Part shown: positions 49,290 through 60,610 of the stretch, one piece after another
Numbering within the stretch: position 1 is the first letter of the stretch
Layout of the letters: each line of letters begins with the position of its first letter
Assembly: GCF_964188315.1 (NCBI RefSeq)
Contig: NC_135670.1
Coordinates: 23,994,001-24,058,000, forward strand
DNA length: 64,000 nt
Direction of reading: 5' to 3'
Source of the DNA: Podarcis muralis
Lineage: Eukaryota
Position numbers and translations under genes: made by a program
The notes under the pieces: generated by a model
Told to the model about the DNA's origin: nothing
Databases searched by the model: none
Seen by the model: only the letters and a program-made list of their open reading frames with translations

Positions 49290-49386
49290 GTATTCAGCAA
49301 TGCCAATGAAATCCTCGCAGGCATCAGTCAGCCATCTGTGTGCAGCGAGGTGCTGCTGTCTGCACCAGGGACTGCATATATCCTGG
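49290..49386 (+). CDS. SYNRG-like exon B (VFSNANEILAGISQPSVCSEVLLSAPGTAYIL)
   Basis: cccctgcag acceptor, G|gtatgg donor; resembles recalled SYNRG ANDTLNGISSSSVCTEVIQSAQGMEYLL. Confidence 0.88.
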
Positions 49387-49934
49387 GTATGGTATGGATT
49401 TGTGCCTATAAAAAAAGGCCCAGTGTCACAACCTCTACTGCCTATTGGTCTCCCTTTTCCCGAACTTGGGGGGCTGTTCAGTGAAGCTGACTATTAGAAT
49501 ATTTGAGACAGACAAAAGGCAGTAGTTCTTCACACAATTATGGAACTCGCTGCCACGGGAGGCAGTGGGGGCCGAGAAACTTGGATAGCTTTAAAAAAAA
49601 TTAGACAAATTCATGGAAAAGGCTAACAAATGGCTATGCTCTGCCTTCATGGTTGGAGACGAATAACAGCTGCTGGAAAGCTCAGGAGCAGTGATGTAGC
49701 GTGGGTTGCCAAGGCCCGGGGCCACGTGGAAGGAAGGAAGGGAAATGGATGGAAAAGGATGGAATACGCATGCAAATTCAACTGCATTCGCACCACCCAG
49801 GAGATTGCAGCTGTAGAAATAAGAAGAGTCATTTTCATTGACCGGAGAGGTCACTTCCTGGTTCACACGGAGAAGCTATTTTCATTAGACCCCAGCAAGG
49901 GAAGTACACAGCTGTAAGAAGAAGAAAAAAGGGG

Positions 49935-50308
49935 TGTGGGTGGCCTTGTGGTCTAAGCCACTGAGACTCTTGAGCTTGCTGATCAGAAGGTTGGTGGTTT
50001 GAATCCCTGCGACGGAGTGAGCTCCCGTTGCTCTGTCCCAGCTCCTGCCAACCTAGCAGTTTGAAAGCACACCAGTGCAAGTAGATAAATAGGTACCGCT
50101 GCGGCGGGAAGGTAAACGGCATTTCCGTGCGCTCTGGTTTATGTCACAGTATCCATTGTGCCAGAAGTGGTTTAGTCATGCTGGCCACGTGACCTGGAAA
50201 GCTGTCTGCAGACAAACACAGGCTCTCTAGGCCTGAAAGCAAGCTGAGCGCCGCAACCTCATAGTCGCCTTTGACTGGACTTAACCGTCCAGGGGTCCTT
50301 TACCTTTC
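49935..50308 (+). mobile_element. Sauria SINE (variant subfamily)
   Basis: Matches the other copies. Confidence 0.85.
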
Positions 50309-50738
50309 TGCACAGCTGTATTGAGACAGCACCAGGTGTTGAAATTTTGCGCCCCTAACAAATTTGCAACCCTCCCCAATGCTACACCACTGTGCAGGAG
50401 GAGAGAGGGTTCTTGTGCTTGGGTCCTGCTTGTGGGCATCCCATAATGAGCATTTGGTTGTCCACTGTGAGAGCAGGATGCTAGCCTAGATGAGCCACTG
50501 GCAGCCTAAATTTGCCAATAGGCAAGCTGGATCTCACCCACAAAACAGTGGCCTTTGGGAAGTGGCTGTTGCAGCAAGGCTTGCAATATGTGACTTGAAC
50601 CCTCAGAGGTGATATCCTCCCTCGCTAAATCTTTTCTAAGTAACTCCACTCCACCGGTTTATGCTTATGCACGTGCAAATCTATATCCCAACAGCTGCAG
50701 AGGACGACTTGCCTTGCTGTTTCTTTTTTTGCATCCAG

Positions 50739-50899
50739 GGTTGTCAGAAGTGTACCGGGTCTCCAAGCGCTTGGAAGAAGGGATGAAGGCTAGGAGAGCG
50801 GAGAGCGAAGCCCTGTTGCATTGCCTGCGCAAGGTGGATCTGGCCTGGAACAACCTCCTGTCCTTTCTCGCTTTTGGCCATTCTGTATTCCAGATGCTG
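50739..50899 (+). CDS. SYNRG-like exon C (GLSEVYRVSKRLEEGMKARRAESEALLHCLRKVDLAWNNLLSFLAFGHSVFQML)
   Basis: AG acceptor, gtaagg donor, phase 1 to 0; resembles recalled GVVEVYRVTKRVELGIK...IDKVWNNLIGF. Confidence 0.9.
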
Positions 50900-50912
50900 G
50901 TAAGGACGTCTT

Positions 50913-51263
50913 GGGATGCGGGTGGCGCTGTGGGTTAAACCACTGAGCCTAGGACTTGCCGATCAGAAGTTTGGCGGTTCGAATCCCTGCCACAGGGTGA
51001 GCTCCCGTTGCTCGCTCCCTGCTCCTGCCAACCTAGCAGTTCAAAAGCACATCAAAGTGCAAGTAGATAAATAGGTACCGCTCTGGTGGGAAGGTAAACG
51101 GCGTTTACGTGCGCTGCTCTGGTTCGCCAGAAGTGGCTTAGTCATGCTGGCCACATGACCCAGAAGTTGTACACCGGCTCCCTCGGCCAATAAAGCAAGA
51201 TGGGCGCCGCAACTCCAGAGTCAGCCACGACTGGACCTAATGGTCAGGGGTCCCTTTGCCTTT
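50913..51263 (+). mobile_element. Sauria SINE
   Basis: Starts about 14 nt after the SYNRG-like exon C donor. Confidence 0.88.
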
Positions 51264-51699
51264 AAGGACTTCTTAGTGGATACATGAAGAACACCTGGAG
51301 GCAAGGGCTAGCACTGACCCCACCTCTCCCTCTGCTTGGCTTATTTGGTGGGTTTCTCTCTGATGACAGCTTGTTTACATACCCTCAAAAAATTCTCCAA
51401 TGAAAACAGGGACGTCCTAAGGAACAGCAGGACATTCTGGGATCCAATCAGAAACTGGGATGGCTTCTGTAAACCCGGGACTGTCAAAACTGGGACACTT
51501 GGAGGGTCTGTATTTATTTGACCTGCTGAGGCTTGGTCAATGGCACTCTGGGAAATAGTGTCATCATTCCGGCAGTGAAATAAGCATCACCTTATTTATT
51601 TGTCCCTTAGGAAGATAGAATGCTGTCAAACAGAACTGGGTCATCTAGCTCAGGAATGTCCACACCATCGGATCATTCTGTTCTTCTGGGTACATGGCC

Positions 51700-52090
51700 T
51701 TTCATTAAAATACTGGTCCGTCTAGCTCAGTATTGTCCACACTGACTGGCAGCGGCTCTCCAGGATTTCAGGCAAGGGGACATTCCCAATCCAACCTGGA
51801 AATTCTGAGATTGAACCCAGGACCTTCTGCATGCAAAGCAGGTGTCCTGCCACTGAGCTACAGCCATTCACTGTGCTGAATCAGACTCTTGGTCCATTGA
51901 GCTTAGTGCTGCCTACACTGACTGGCAGCAGCTCTCTGGGGTTTCAGGCAGGGAGTCTTTCCCAGCCCTACCTGGAGATGGTGGGGATTGAACCCGGGAC
52001 CTTCTGCATGCAAAGCAAGTGCTCAACCACTGAGCTACAACCTTCTTCACCATCTCTCTCAGCATTGCTTACTCTGACTGGCAGTGTGCC
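51700..52090 (-). mobile_element. Tandem tRNA-derived SINE copies (further copies near 5600, 10680, 11270, 12040, 19545, 29530, 41150, 46360, 59540)
   Basis: A-box/B-box-like head GCTCAGTGGTAGAGCA...GGTTCAATCCC without a complete cloverleaf. Confidence 0.7.
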
Positions 52091-52207
52091 TCTTCAGAGT
52101 TCTGATCCTTGACCAAGTGCCTGGGTTGCTGATTTGGCCTTTGGGGGAGAGAAAGCCAGGTTCTGACACTTTGGGTGCCCCCCCCCCCATGTTGACTTTG
52201 CTTACAG

Positions 52208-52321
52208 AATGTTAACCTGCTGGAGCCGCCTGGTGAAAGTGACTCTCGCTTGTCAGCTTCTGACCTAGCACCCGAACCAGTCTGTGGGGTTTGCCTAACT
52301 GAGGTGAAGCGGGAGCCCCAG
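52208..52321 (+). CDS. SYNRG-like exon D (NVNLLEPPGESDSRLSASDLAPEPVCGVCLTEVKREPQ)
   Basis: cttacag acceptor, CAG|gtgagc donor, 114 nt phase 0; CGVCL motif. Confidence 0.88.
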
Positions 52322-52657
52322 GTGAGCTTATTCATTTTTAAAATTTGTTTCACACATGGAATGGGGAATCTGTGGTCCTCTAGATGCTGGTGTTAAAAGT
52401 GCCAAACTAGGGACCCAGGAGAGCAGGGTTTGAATCCCCACTCGGCCATGAAGCTTGGGCCAGTTGCTGCCTTTCAGCCAAACTACCTCACAGGGTTGTT
52501 GTGGGGATTAAGTGAGGATAACCTTGTACTGTACACTGCCTTGAGCTCCTTAGGAAAAACGGTTGGGATGTGATTATAATAAGCATGTCTATTCTTATCA
52601 CCGTCACGACTACTACTATTTGGTAGTAGTATTTTAGTTGCTTGTTATCCAAATGTA

Positions 52658-53029
52658 AGGGACGCGGGAGGCACTGTGGTGTAAACCACTGAGCCGCTTG
52701 GGCTCACCGATCAGAAGGTTGGCGGTTTGAGTCCCCACAATGGAGTGAGCTCCCGCTGCTCTGTCCCAGCTCCTGCCAACCTAGCAGTTCAAAAGCACAC
52801 CAGTGCAAGTAGATAAATAGGTACCACTGCAGTGGGAAGGTAAACGGTGTTTCCGTGCACTGCTCTGGTTTCCGTCACGGTGTTCCGTCGTGCCATAAGC
52901 AGTTTAGTCATGCTGGCCATATGACCCTTAAAGCTGTCTGTGGACAAACACCGGCTCCCTCGGCCTGAAAGCGAGATGAGCGCCACAACCCCATAGTCGC
53001 CTTTGACCATCCAGGGATCCTTTACCTTT
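52658..53029 (+). mobile_element. Sauria SINE (variant subfamily)
   Basis: Matches the other copies. Confidence 0.85.
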
Positions 53030-53485
53030 ATCCAGATTTTAAAATGACCATAATAGTTGTCGTTAAATTTATTGCCTTCCCTTCACTGGCAGGTCCCAGG
53101 ATAGGTTACATCAGCTTAAAATTCAGAATTAAAAACTGTTGAAACATTACAGGTGGGTCCTGAAAACTCACATCTCAGGTATTCAAGGCTTGTTTACAGA
53201 AGAACATTTTCAGCGTTTATTGAAAGCTGGAGAATGAAGGTGCCAGGCACACTTCTGTGGGGTACAAATGCATTGCAGCATGAAAACAGAAGAACACCCT
53301 TAACAGCCACAATAAGCTTTGGCAGCACATCTTAGTCTATGAGATGCCATGGGGAAAACACAATTGTCTAACTGGCATTGAAAAGATCTTAATGAAGGTT
53401 TCAGGTGGATTACACTGGGCAGAGTATCCTGCAGACAGGGAGCCATGACCGAAAAGGCCTTATTTATTTTTCTTTGCCTTCTCAG

Positions 53486-53596
53486 GTGAGTTCTGGAAAC
53501 TCAGATCCTATTATGTATGAAGGTAACTGTTATCATGCCAGCTGTGCCAATTTCTGGCTGAACTGTGTGGAGGCCACTTTGCCAGGAGGGACGTGA
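53486..53596 (+). CDS. SYNRG-like terminal exon E (VSSGNSDPIMYEGNCYHASCANFWLNCVEATLPGGT*)
   Basis: ttctcag acceptor; YHASCANFW.NCVE matches the recalled SYNRG C-terminus; TGA stop. Confidence 0.9.
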   Translation: MSSGNSDPIMYEGNCYHASCANFWLNCVEATLPGGT

Positions 53597-54492
53597 TTCT
53601 TTTTTCTCTCCCCCCCCCCCCCCCAACTTTCTGAATGTACTCCAGTCGTCAGTTTCTTGGAAGGTTAAGAAGATCTGGAGACACAAACAGAGACTTTTGG
53701 AAGGCTACAGAATCATCTCCAAAGGCTTCATTTGTGGTAGGAAGTAACTTTGGAGAGACAAAACAAGATTGTGTGAAATCAGACTTGTGCCTTTCTGTTC
53801 ATCAAAACAATCTTGTTTTGTAGGATGCTTTAAAATGTGCCCAGGAACAACCTGTTTTCTAATTTATTTTGAGCACTTCTCTATCTGTATTCTGTGGTTT
53901 GCATCCAGACTAAATCAGTGGTGGTTCATCTCTGTGAGCATCAATGGGACAACACAGAAACTTTTTGCACTATTGATGTTGTTGGTCAAGTGACAGCTTT
54001 TTGGATCTGCTATGACCTTTTCTGCCCACCCAACCAAACGTCTGCTAGATGTTTTGGACTACAATATATAATTTGGTATTTGAATGATTGGTATTAGCAA
54101 TTGTATTATAATTTGGTATTGTTACAATGAGGCTGTTATTGGGTGGTAATTGAAAATTAATAAAAATTATTATCAGCCTGGTGACAACCAGAGGTTTTAC
54201 ACTACAACTCCCATCAGCTCCAGAACCATGCTGGCTGAGAGTGATGGGAGTTGTACTGTAGTTTAAAGCTTCTGGTGGTCACTAGGCTGGACTAGGGCTT
54301 AGCAGTGTGAGACCTAACCCGGTCAGCCATGATTTACGTCCCTGGTATCTTTGCTCCATTGCCAATTTTATGCCATCTTACTTTGGCCTGACTGAATTGA
54401 ATTAGCCTTGCCCTTGGGTAAGTACGTAGCATGACATTTGCAACCAGTAACGCCAAATAAAGTCTTAATGCAGGTCCATAGCCTGAAATAAA

Positions 54493-54810
54493 AAGGTAAA
54501 GGTAGACTCTAGGGTTGTGCGCTCATCTCACTCTAGAGGCCAGGAGCCAGCGCTGTCCGCAGACACTTCTGGGTCACGTGGCCAGCATGACAAGCTGCAT
54601 CTGGCGCAGCACACGGAACGCCGTTTACCTTCCCGCTGGTAAGCGGTCCCTATTTATCTACTTGGACCCGGAGGTGCTTTCGAACTGCTAGGTTGGCAGG
54701 CGCTGGGACCGAACGACGGGAGCGCACCCCGCCGCGGGGAATCGAACCGCCGACCTGACGATCGGCAAGTCCTAGGCACTGAGGTTTTACCCACAGCGCC
54801 ACCCGCATCC
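54493..54810 (-). mobile_element. Sauria SINE
   Basis: TSD catagcctgaaataa on both sides. Confidence 0.9.
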
Positions 54811-55446
54811 CATAGCCTGAAATAAGGTGAGGGTAAAGAAGCCTAAGGAAATACTGTAAAATGCAAGTAGTCTTTTATTTTACTAATTAAACATATTGTT
54901 CAATTCTATTAATATAGGTGCTCTGTGTGCAAGTCAATTGATGAACCTAATACTAATTCTGCTGGCTTGCCTGCCTGCCTGCCTGCCTGCCTGCGTGCTC
55001 CTTCTGGGCAGCTCCCTGCCAAGTCACACAGATCAAGGAAGGAAGGAAGGAAGGAAGGGGGTAAAGGAGGAATGGGCAGCCAGGCAGGGGACAGACATGC
55101 TGCACACTCATATGTGCCCCCTTGCTCCTCTGGGAGGCAAGCCAGAAACAGAGGGTGGCGCCCGGCTGGGGGGAGGCAGCAGACTGAGGGGGGGAAGCAG
55201 GAAGGGGGGCAGGGGAATATTGAGGGTGCTGTGCTCCCAGAAGAAAATGAAAGGTAAAAAAGATCTTTTCAATGCCAGTTAGAGAATCGTGTTTTCCCCT
55301 AGGCATCTCGTAGACGAAGATGTGCTGCCAATGCTTATTGTGGCTCTTAAGGGTGTTCTTCTGTTTTCATGCTGCAAGGCATTTGTGCCCCACAGAAGTG
55401 TGCCTGGCACCTTCATTCTTCAGCTTTCAGTAAACACTGAAAAAGG

Positions 55447-55634
55447 CACGCGGGTGGCGCTGTGGGTTAAACCACAGAGCCTAGGACTTGCCGATCAGAA
55501 GGTAAGCAGTTCGAAAGCATGTCAAAGTACAAGTAGATAAATAGGTACCACTCCGGCCAATAAAGCGAGATGAGCGCCGCAACCCCAGAGTCGGTCACGA
55601 CTGGACTTGATGGTCAGGGGTCCCTTTACCTTTA
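55447..55634 (+). mobile_element. Sauria SINE, internally deleted
   Basis: Head and tail present; TSD taaacactgaaaa. Confidence 0.85.
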
Positions 55635-55837
55635 AACACTGAAAATGCTCCTCTTTAAACAAGCCTTGAACACCTGAGGTGTGAGTTTTCAGGACCCACC
55701 GTATTCCTCTGACTGTAATGTTTCAACAGTTTTTAATTCTGCATTTTAAGCTGATGTAACCCACCCTGGGTCCTGCCAGTGAAAGGAAGGCAATAAATTT
55801 AACAACGACAACTATTATGGTCATTTTTTAATGTGGA

Positions 55838-56222
55838 TAAAGGTAAAGGTAAAGGACTCCTGGACGGTTAAGTCCAGTCAAAGATGACTATGGGGTTGCG
55901 GTGCTCATCTCGCTTTCAGGCCGATTGAGCCGGCGTTTGGCCACAGACAGCTTTCCGGGTCATGTGGGCAGCAGGACTAAACCGCTTCTTGCACAATGGG
56001 ACACCGTGACGGAAACCAGACCGCACAGAAACACCGTTTACCTTCCTGCCACAGCGGTATCTATTTATCTACTTGCACTGGTGTGCTTTCGAACTGCTAG
56101 GTTGGCAGGAGCTGGGACACAGCAACAGGAGCTCACTCCGTTGTGGGGATTCGAACCACTGACCTTCTGATCGGGAAGCCCAAGAGGCTCAGTGGTTTAG
56201 ACCACAGCGCCACCTGCATCCT
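55838..56222 (-). mobile_element. Sauria SINE (variant subfamily)
   Basis: Matches the other copies. Confidence 0.85.
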
Positions 56223-56656
56223 TCAGAAGAAAATTACTGGGTAGCGGGCAAGGGACCCCGGCCCCCTAGAGTTGGCACCTATGTGGTCTGGTAACCCTAG
56301 GCACTACAGTCCTGCTTTTGCTGCAACATTGGGTGTTTCCCAACGGAAAAGCTATCTCTCTTCACTGAAGGCTTTGTTATTTTGGAATGAGACACAAAGG
56401 AGTCACAAACTGAGCTTGCCTATGGTTTGCTTGTTTTTTCAATTTTTTGTCGCTTTTATGTATAGAAAAGAAAAAGGCACACGCATACACACAGAGCATC
56501 CCCTTATCGACAATCCCACCCCCTTCTTCTTCATCAGGCAATAGGGTTCTGCACTGGACAGAGTTGGGCAAAATTTCACACTTAGTAAAGATAGCGTCGG
56601 GGTTCGTTAAGCTCCGCTGAGCCCCCTTCTCCCGGAGGGCGCGAGTTCTGTAATTG

Positions 56657-57223
56657 TCACAAGGCTATCATGACCCTGACTTCGTTTTCGTAGAGGTCAG
56701 GAATCACCCCCAGCGGGGACTGGACCATCTTGACGCTGGTTTTCCCAAAGAGTTTCTGCTCGTACTGGATGAGCTGCTGCCAAAAGCCGTTGTTGGGCCG
56801 GACGATGGGCCGGCAGCACTTGACCCAGGCGTGGGCGTTTGCCAGAGACATTGAGTGGTACTTCATCAGGTAGGCGATGCACAGGGCGGCGGATCGGCTG
56901 ATGCCCGCAGCGCAGTGCACTAGCGTCCGGCCTTGGTTTGATTCCACGGCGCGGATCTTATCGGCTACGGGGTCGAAGAAGTCCAAAAGGCGGGACGAGG
57001 GGCAGTCTGTTATGGGGACGTGGATGTAGTAAATGTCTGGGAAGTAAGTGTTGACCACCTCCACCGAAACGTTGATAACTGTGGTGATGTGGTTGGTGTA
57101 GAGGAAGAGTTTGTTGTTGGCGGCCTCGCCATTACTGAGGAACAGGCTGTTTGTGATCCGGGAAAGGCCGTAGACAGACGGGTGCCTGAGTATGATAGGG
57201 ATGGTTCCAAACGCTGCATTCAT
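56657..57223 (-). CDS. DUSP18: Dual specificity phosphatase 18, single coding exon, 188 aa
   Basis: HCAAGISRS catalytic loop; PSV.GLS.IT.SL, NNKL and IPDLYE.EVR.MI.L are DUSP18-type rather than DUSP14-type; ATG at 57223 (the track's 57226 start is TTG). Confidence 0.95.
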   Translation of the reverse strand: MNAAFGTIPIILRHPSVYGLSRITNSLFLSNGEAANNKLFLYTNHITTVINVSVEVVNTYFPDIYYIHVPITDCPSSRLLDFFDPVADKIRAVESNQGRTLVHCAAGISRSAALCIAYLMKYHSMSLANAHAWVKCCRPIVRPNNGFWQQLIQYEQKLFGKTSVKMVQSPLGVIPDLYENEVRVMIAL

Positions 57224-57309
57224 CAAGGCGAACTTTAGACATCAGCTACGACAGGAAGCATCATTCTTGCTCGCTCTGCTTTAGGGAGGCAAATGAGGCT
57301 TCCAGTTAG

Positions 57310-58075
57310 ACAATGAGGAAAAAGGAACCAGAAGCTTTGCTCTTGGGAATTATAGGGACAGAACTATCTAAATTGTATAGAAACTTATTCATGTATGCGA
57401 CTACAGCGGCAAGAATGTTACTTGCCCAAAAATGGAAAGAAGAAAAGCAAAGGAAGAATGGATACAAAAAATTATGGAATATGCAGCAATGGCAAAACTG
57501 ACCGGAAGAGTAAAAAAGCAAGATAACAAGCTTTTTATAAAAGAATGGAAATGGTTTATTGACTATTTACAGACACATTGTAAACAGATAAAAGCACTGG
57601 TAGGATTATCATACTAACCTGCAGTTTCATAAGAGTATACAGTGGTACCTTAGTACTCAAATGGTTTGGCTCCCGAACAAATCAGCTCTTGAATGCCGCA
57701 AACCCGGAAGTGAGTGTTCCGGTTTGTGAACATTTTTTGGAAGCCGAATGTCCAAACGCAGTTTCCGTGACTTCCGAATGACTACAGGAAGCTCCTGCAG
57801 CCAATTGGAAACTGCACCTTGGTTTTCGAACGGTTTTGGGAGTTGATCGGACTCCCGTAATGGATTAAGTTCGAGAACCAAGGTACCACTGTATATTTAA
57901 AGAAGATTAATAAATGAGCAAATTAAGTTAATTTGGATATGCAGAAGATATTAAAAATAAATTTAAGGAACTGCAGAAAGAGGGGGAAGGAAGTCAAGTT
58001 TTGAAATGTCAAAAGGATTGTAAAATCAGTGAAATGTATAAATCTGAAAAGTATAAATAAATTTTAGAAAAAATA
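57310..58075 (+). mobile_element. L1/Tx1-like LINE 3' fragment interrupted by a MITE
   Basis: LFMYATTAARMLLAQKWK...EEWIQKIMEYA...KEWKWFIDYL; homologous uninterrupted copy at 21330-21735. Confidence 0.7.
57640..57891. mobile_element. Tc1/mariner-type MITE nested in the L1-like fragment
   Basis: TIRs with TA TSD. Confidence 0.85.
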
Positions 58076-58782
58076 GGCAATGAGGCAAAAGGCAAACTGA
58101 ATGTGCAATATCCAGTAGTGGCTATCGCTAGGGTTTTGGTTTTTGTTTGCCTTCCAGGTAGGCGCCATCACCATTCAAAGAGAGGAAGGGAGAAATTATT
58201 GGTGAGTTCTTAGCACCTCATTTTCTAGAAAAATAGTACTGGCTAATGCTCAATGTTGGGAATCTGTAAAGCATTATGATTAAAGATGTGAAGGCACTGA
58301 AGAATTAAAAAAAATACCTGCCAATTTTTCTGGTTTCCCTTGCAGAGAACAGGGCTGGAGGAACCTTCAGATCTCCAAATGTTGTTGGACTACAACTCCC
58401 ATCAACCCTGGCAATTAGCCCTGCTGGCTGATGGAGGTCAGAGTCCCACTCTAGAGGGATATATGCCGTTATATAAAAATCTTGCAAATCTTGCCAAAGT
58501 TATCAGGGAAAACAGCAGCACTTTGTGAGTCCTCTTTGCCTGTACCTGTATATATTCCTGGTCAAACACCACCGGCATCTATCGTGGCCCCCAGACACAC
58601 TGATTCAGGAAGTCGTTTGCTTCTTGAACATCATAGTCTTTCAATAATGTCTAAAAGGAGAAAAAGATATTGAAAACTTGGAGCTATTTCAAATGAAGTT
58701 CTTTGTAGCCAGCCCTAGCTCTCTGCACCCTTAACAAACCACAGTTCCCAGGATTCTTGGGTGGTTAGAGCCATGATGACTA

Positions 58783-59043
58783 CAATTTTTCGCCCTATAA
58801 GAGGCACTAGACCATAAGATGCACCTAGTTTTTGGAGGAGGAAAATAAGAAAAAAAATATTCTGAATACCAGAAGCCAGAACAGCAAGAGGGATCACTGC
58901 GCAGCGAAAGCAGCAATCCCTCTTGCTGTTCCTGGCTTCTGGGATAGCTGCGCAGCCTGCATTCACTCCATAAGACGCACACACATTTCCCCTTACTTTT
59001 TAGGAGAGAAAAAGTGAGTCTTATAGAGCAAAAAATACGGTAT
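58783..59043. mobile_element. DNA-transposon MITE (TACCGTATTTT-type end); inverted sister copy at about 42950-43197
   Basis: Two mutually reverse-complementary copies. Confidence 0.65.
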
Positions 59044-60029
59044 TTAAAATGGAACAATACTGCTTTAAATGTATAGTGCATTGTACAAGTAAACGTGGGA
59101 GGGAGGGAAGACTAATGACTTGGAACATTTGTTGTATGAAAAGTTACCAGCAGTAACTTACAGGATATGCACCCTTTGGAAAATGAAACAGTGAGACCAG
59201 CCCAAAGCTTCTGAAGATGCAAAAGCAGGATTGCTTAGGACCACCTTGCTAGCACCGCAAGTGCAAATCCTCATGAATTGCATCCTATTTGGATGCAACC
59301 CTTTAAAAGCATGGTTGTTATTTTGATTACCCTCGCCATCTTTGAATTTGCTCAGACCTGTACATTTGTGCACCTATGTGTTTAAATCAGCACATGCAAA
59401 TTTGCATCAGGAGCCTTGCACCTTCTTAACTACCTAGAAATCAGCATTCTGCGATTCTCTGTGAATTAAGTGTCAGAATTTAAGGACTCGTTTTGAGTTC
59501 AAGGTTGCAGGCTAAATGGCCCTTCTGCTCCCCTTCTCCAGGGTTTCTGGCAAAGGTCTTTGCAATCCCACCTGGAGATGCGAGGGGCTGGTGGTATGCT
59601 ACTGAGCTACAACCCTTCTCCAAATCCTGTCAAGGCTCAGAAACTGATATGCCAGAGCAGTGAGATGGCCAGATTTGCTGAACTGCTCAGCAGGGTTGTT
59701 AAAAAGAAAAGAAAAAAGAGAGATTGCAAAGGGCTGCAAAGGGACCCTCTCCAAACTGAGTGAATGGGCACATATATTATCATCGGGTCTGAACAATGGT
59801 GGACTTGGGTTTCCCCCCCAGATTTTACTAGTGCCCTGTGCAATGCCAAAATTCGGTGCCCTCCTGCCTCTCGTCTTCCATTCTAAGTCACTGTTGCAGG
59901 GGCTCCTACAGCACCCTCTTGGCTAGGCGCCCAGTGCGGGTGAACTGGTCCCTCTCCTCTAAATCCTCCTCTGGTTTGAATCCGCCTAGGAGCAACACTT
60001 TGGAGTTACAGCAGATAGCTGGATGAAGA

Positions 60030-60610
60030 TGTCAACCCAATACAGTATATGGCAGCTTTGAAAAAGGCAGATCCCACGCTAGGGATCATTGGGAAAGGAA
60101 TTGAAAACAAAACTGCCCGTGTCGTAATGCCAATATACAAATCTAGGATGTGACCATATTTAGGATAGGTAAAGGTAAAGGGATCCCCGACCATTAGGTC
60201 CAGTCGTGGCCGACTCTGGGGTTGTGGTGCTCATCTCGCTTTATTGGCAGAGGGAGCCGGTGTACAGTTTCCGGGTCATGTGGCCAGCATGACTAAGCCG
60301 CTTCTGGCGAACCAGAGCAGCGCACAGAAACGCCATTTACCTTCCTGCCGGAGTGGTACCTATTTATCTACTTGCACTTTGACGTGCTTTCGAACTGCTA
60401 GGTGGGCAGGAGCAAGGACCAAGCAACGGGAGCTCACCCCGTCACGGGGATTCGAACCGCTGACCTTCTGATCGGCAAGCCCAAGAGGCTCTGTGGTTTA
60501 ACCCACAGCGCCACCCGCGTCCCATATTTAGGATACCGTGTACAATTCTGGTCGTCTCCCATCAAAAAGGGCATTGTAGAGTTGGAAAAGGTTCAGAAAG
60601 GACTTCTTCA
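60030..60610 (+). mobile_element. CR1 LINE 3' RT fragment, split by the SINE
   Basis: Degenerate LGIIxKGIENKT...YKS...VQFWS...IVELEKVQK, typical of the CR1 ORF2 C-terminus. Confidence 0.75.
60168..60522 (-). mobile_element. Sauria SINE inserted into a CR1 fragment
   Basis: Near-identical TSD ccatattt(t)aggata. Confidence 0.9.

Noticed and set aside
46808-57223. Calling these genes SYNRG and DUSP14 themselves
   Set aside because: The phosphatase has DUSP18-type residues and the PES1-TCN2-SLC35E4 neighbourhood; the synergin-like part is diverged and lacks visible upstream domains, so no symbol was assigned
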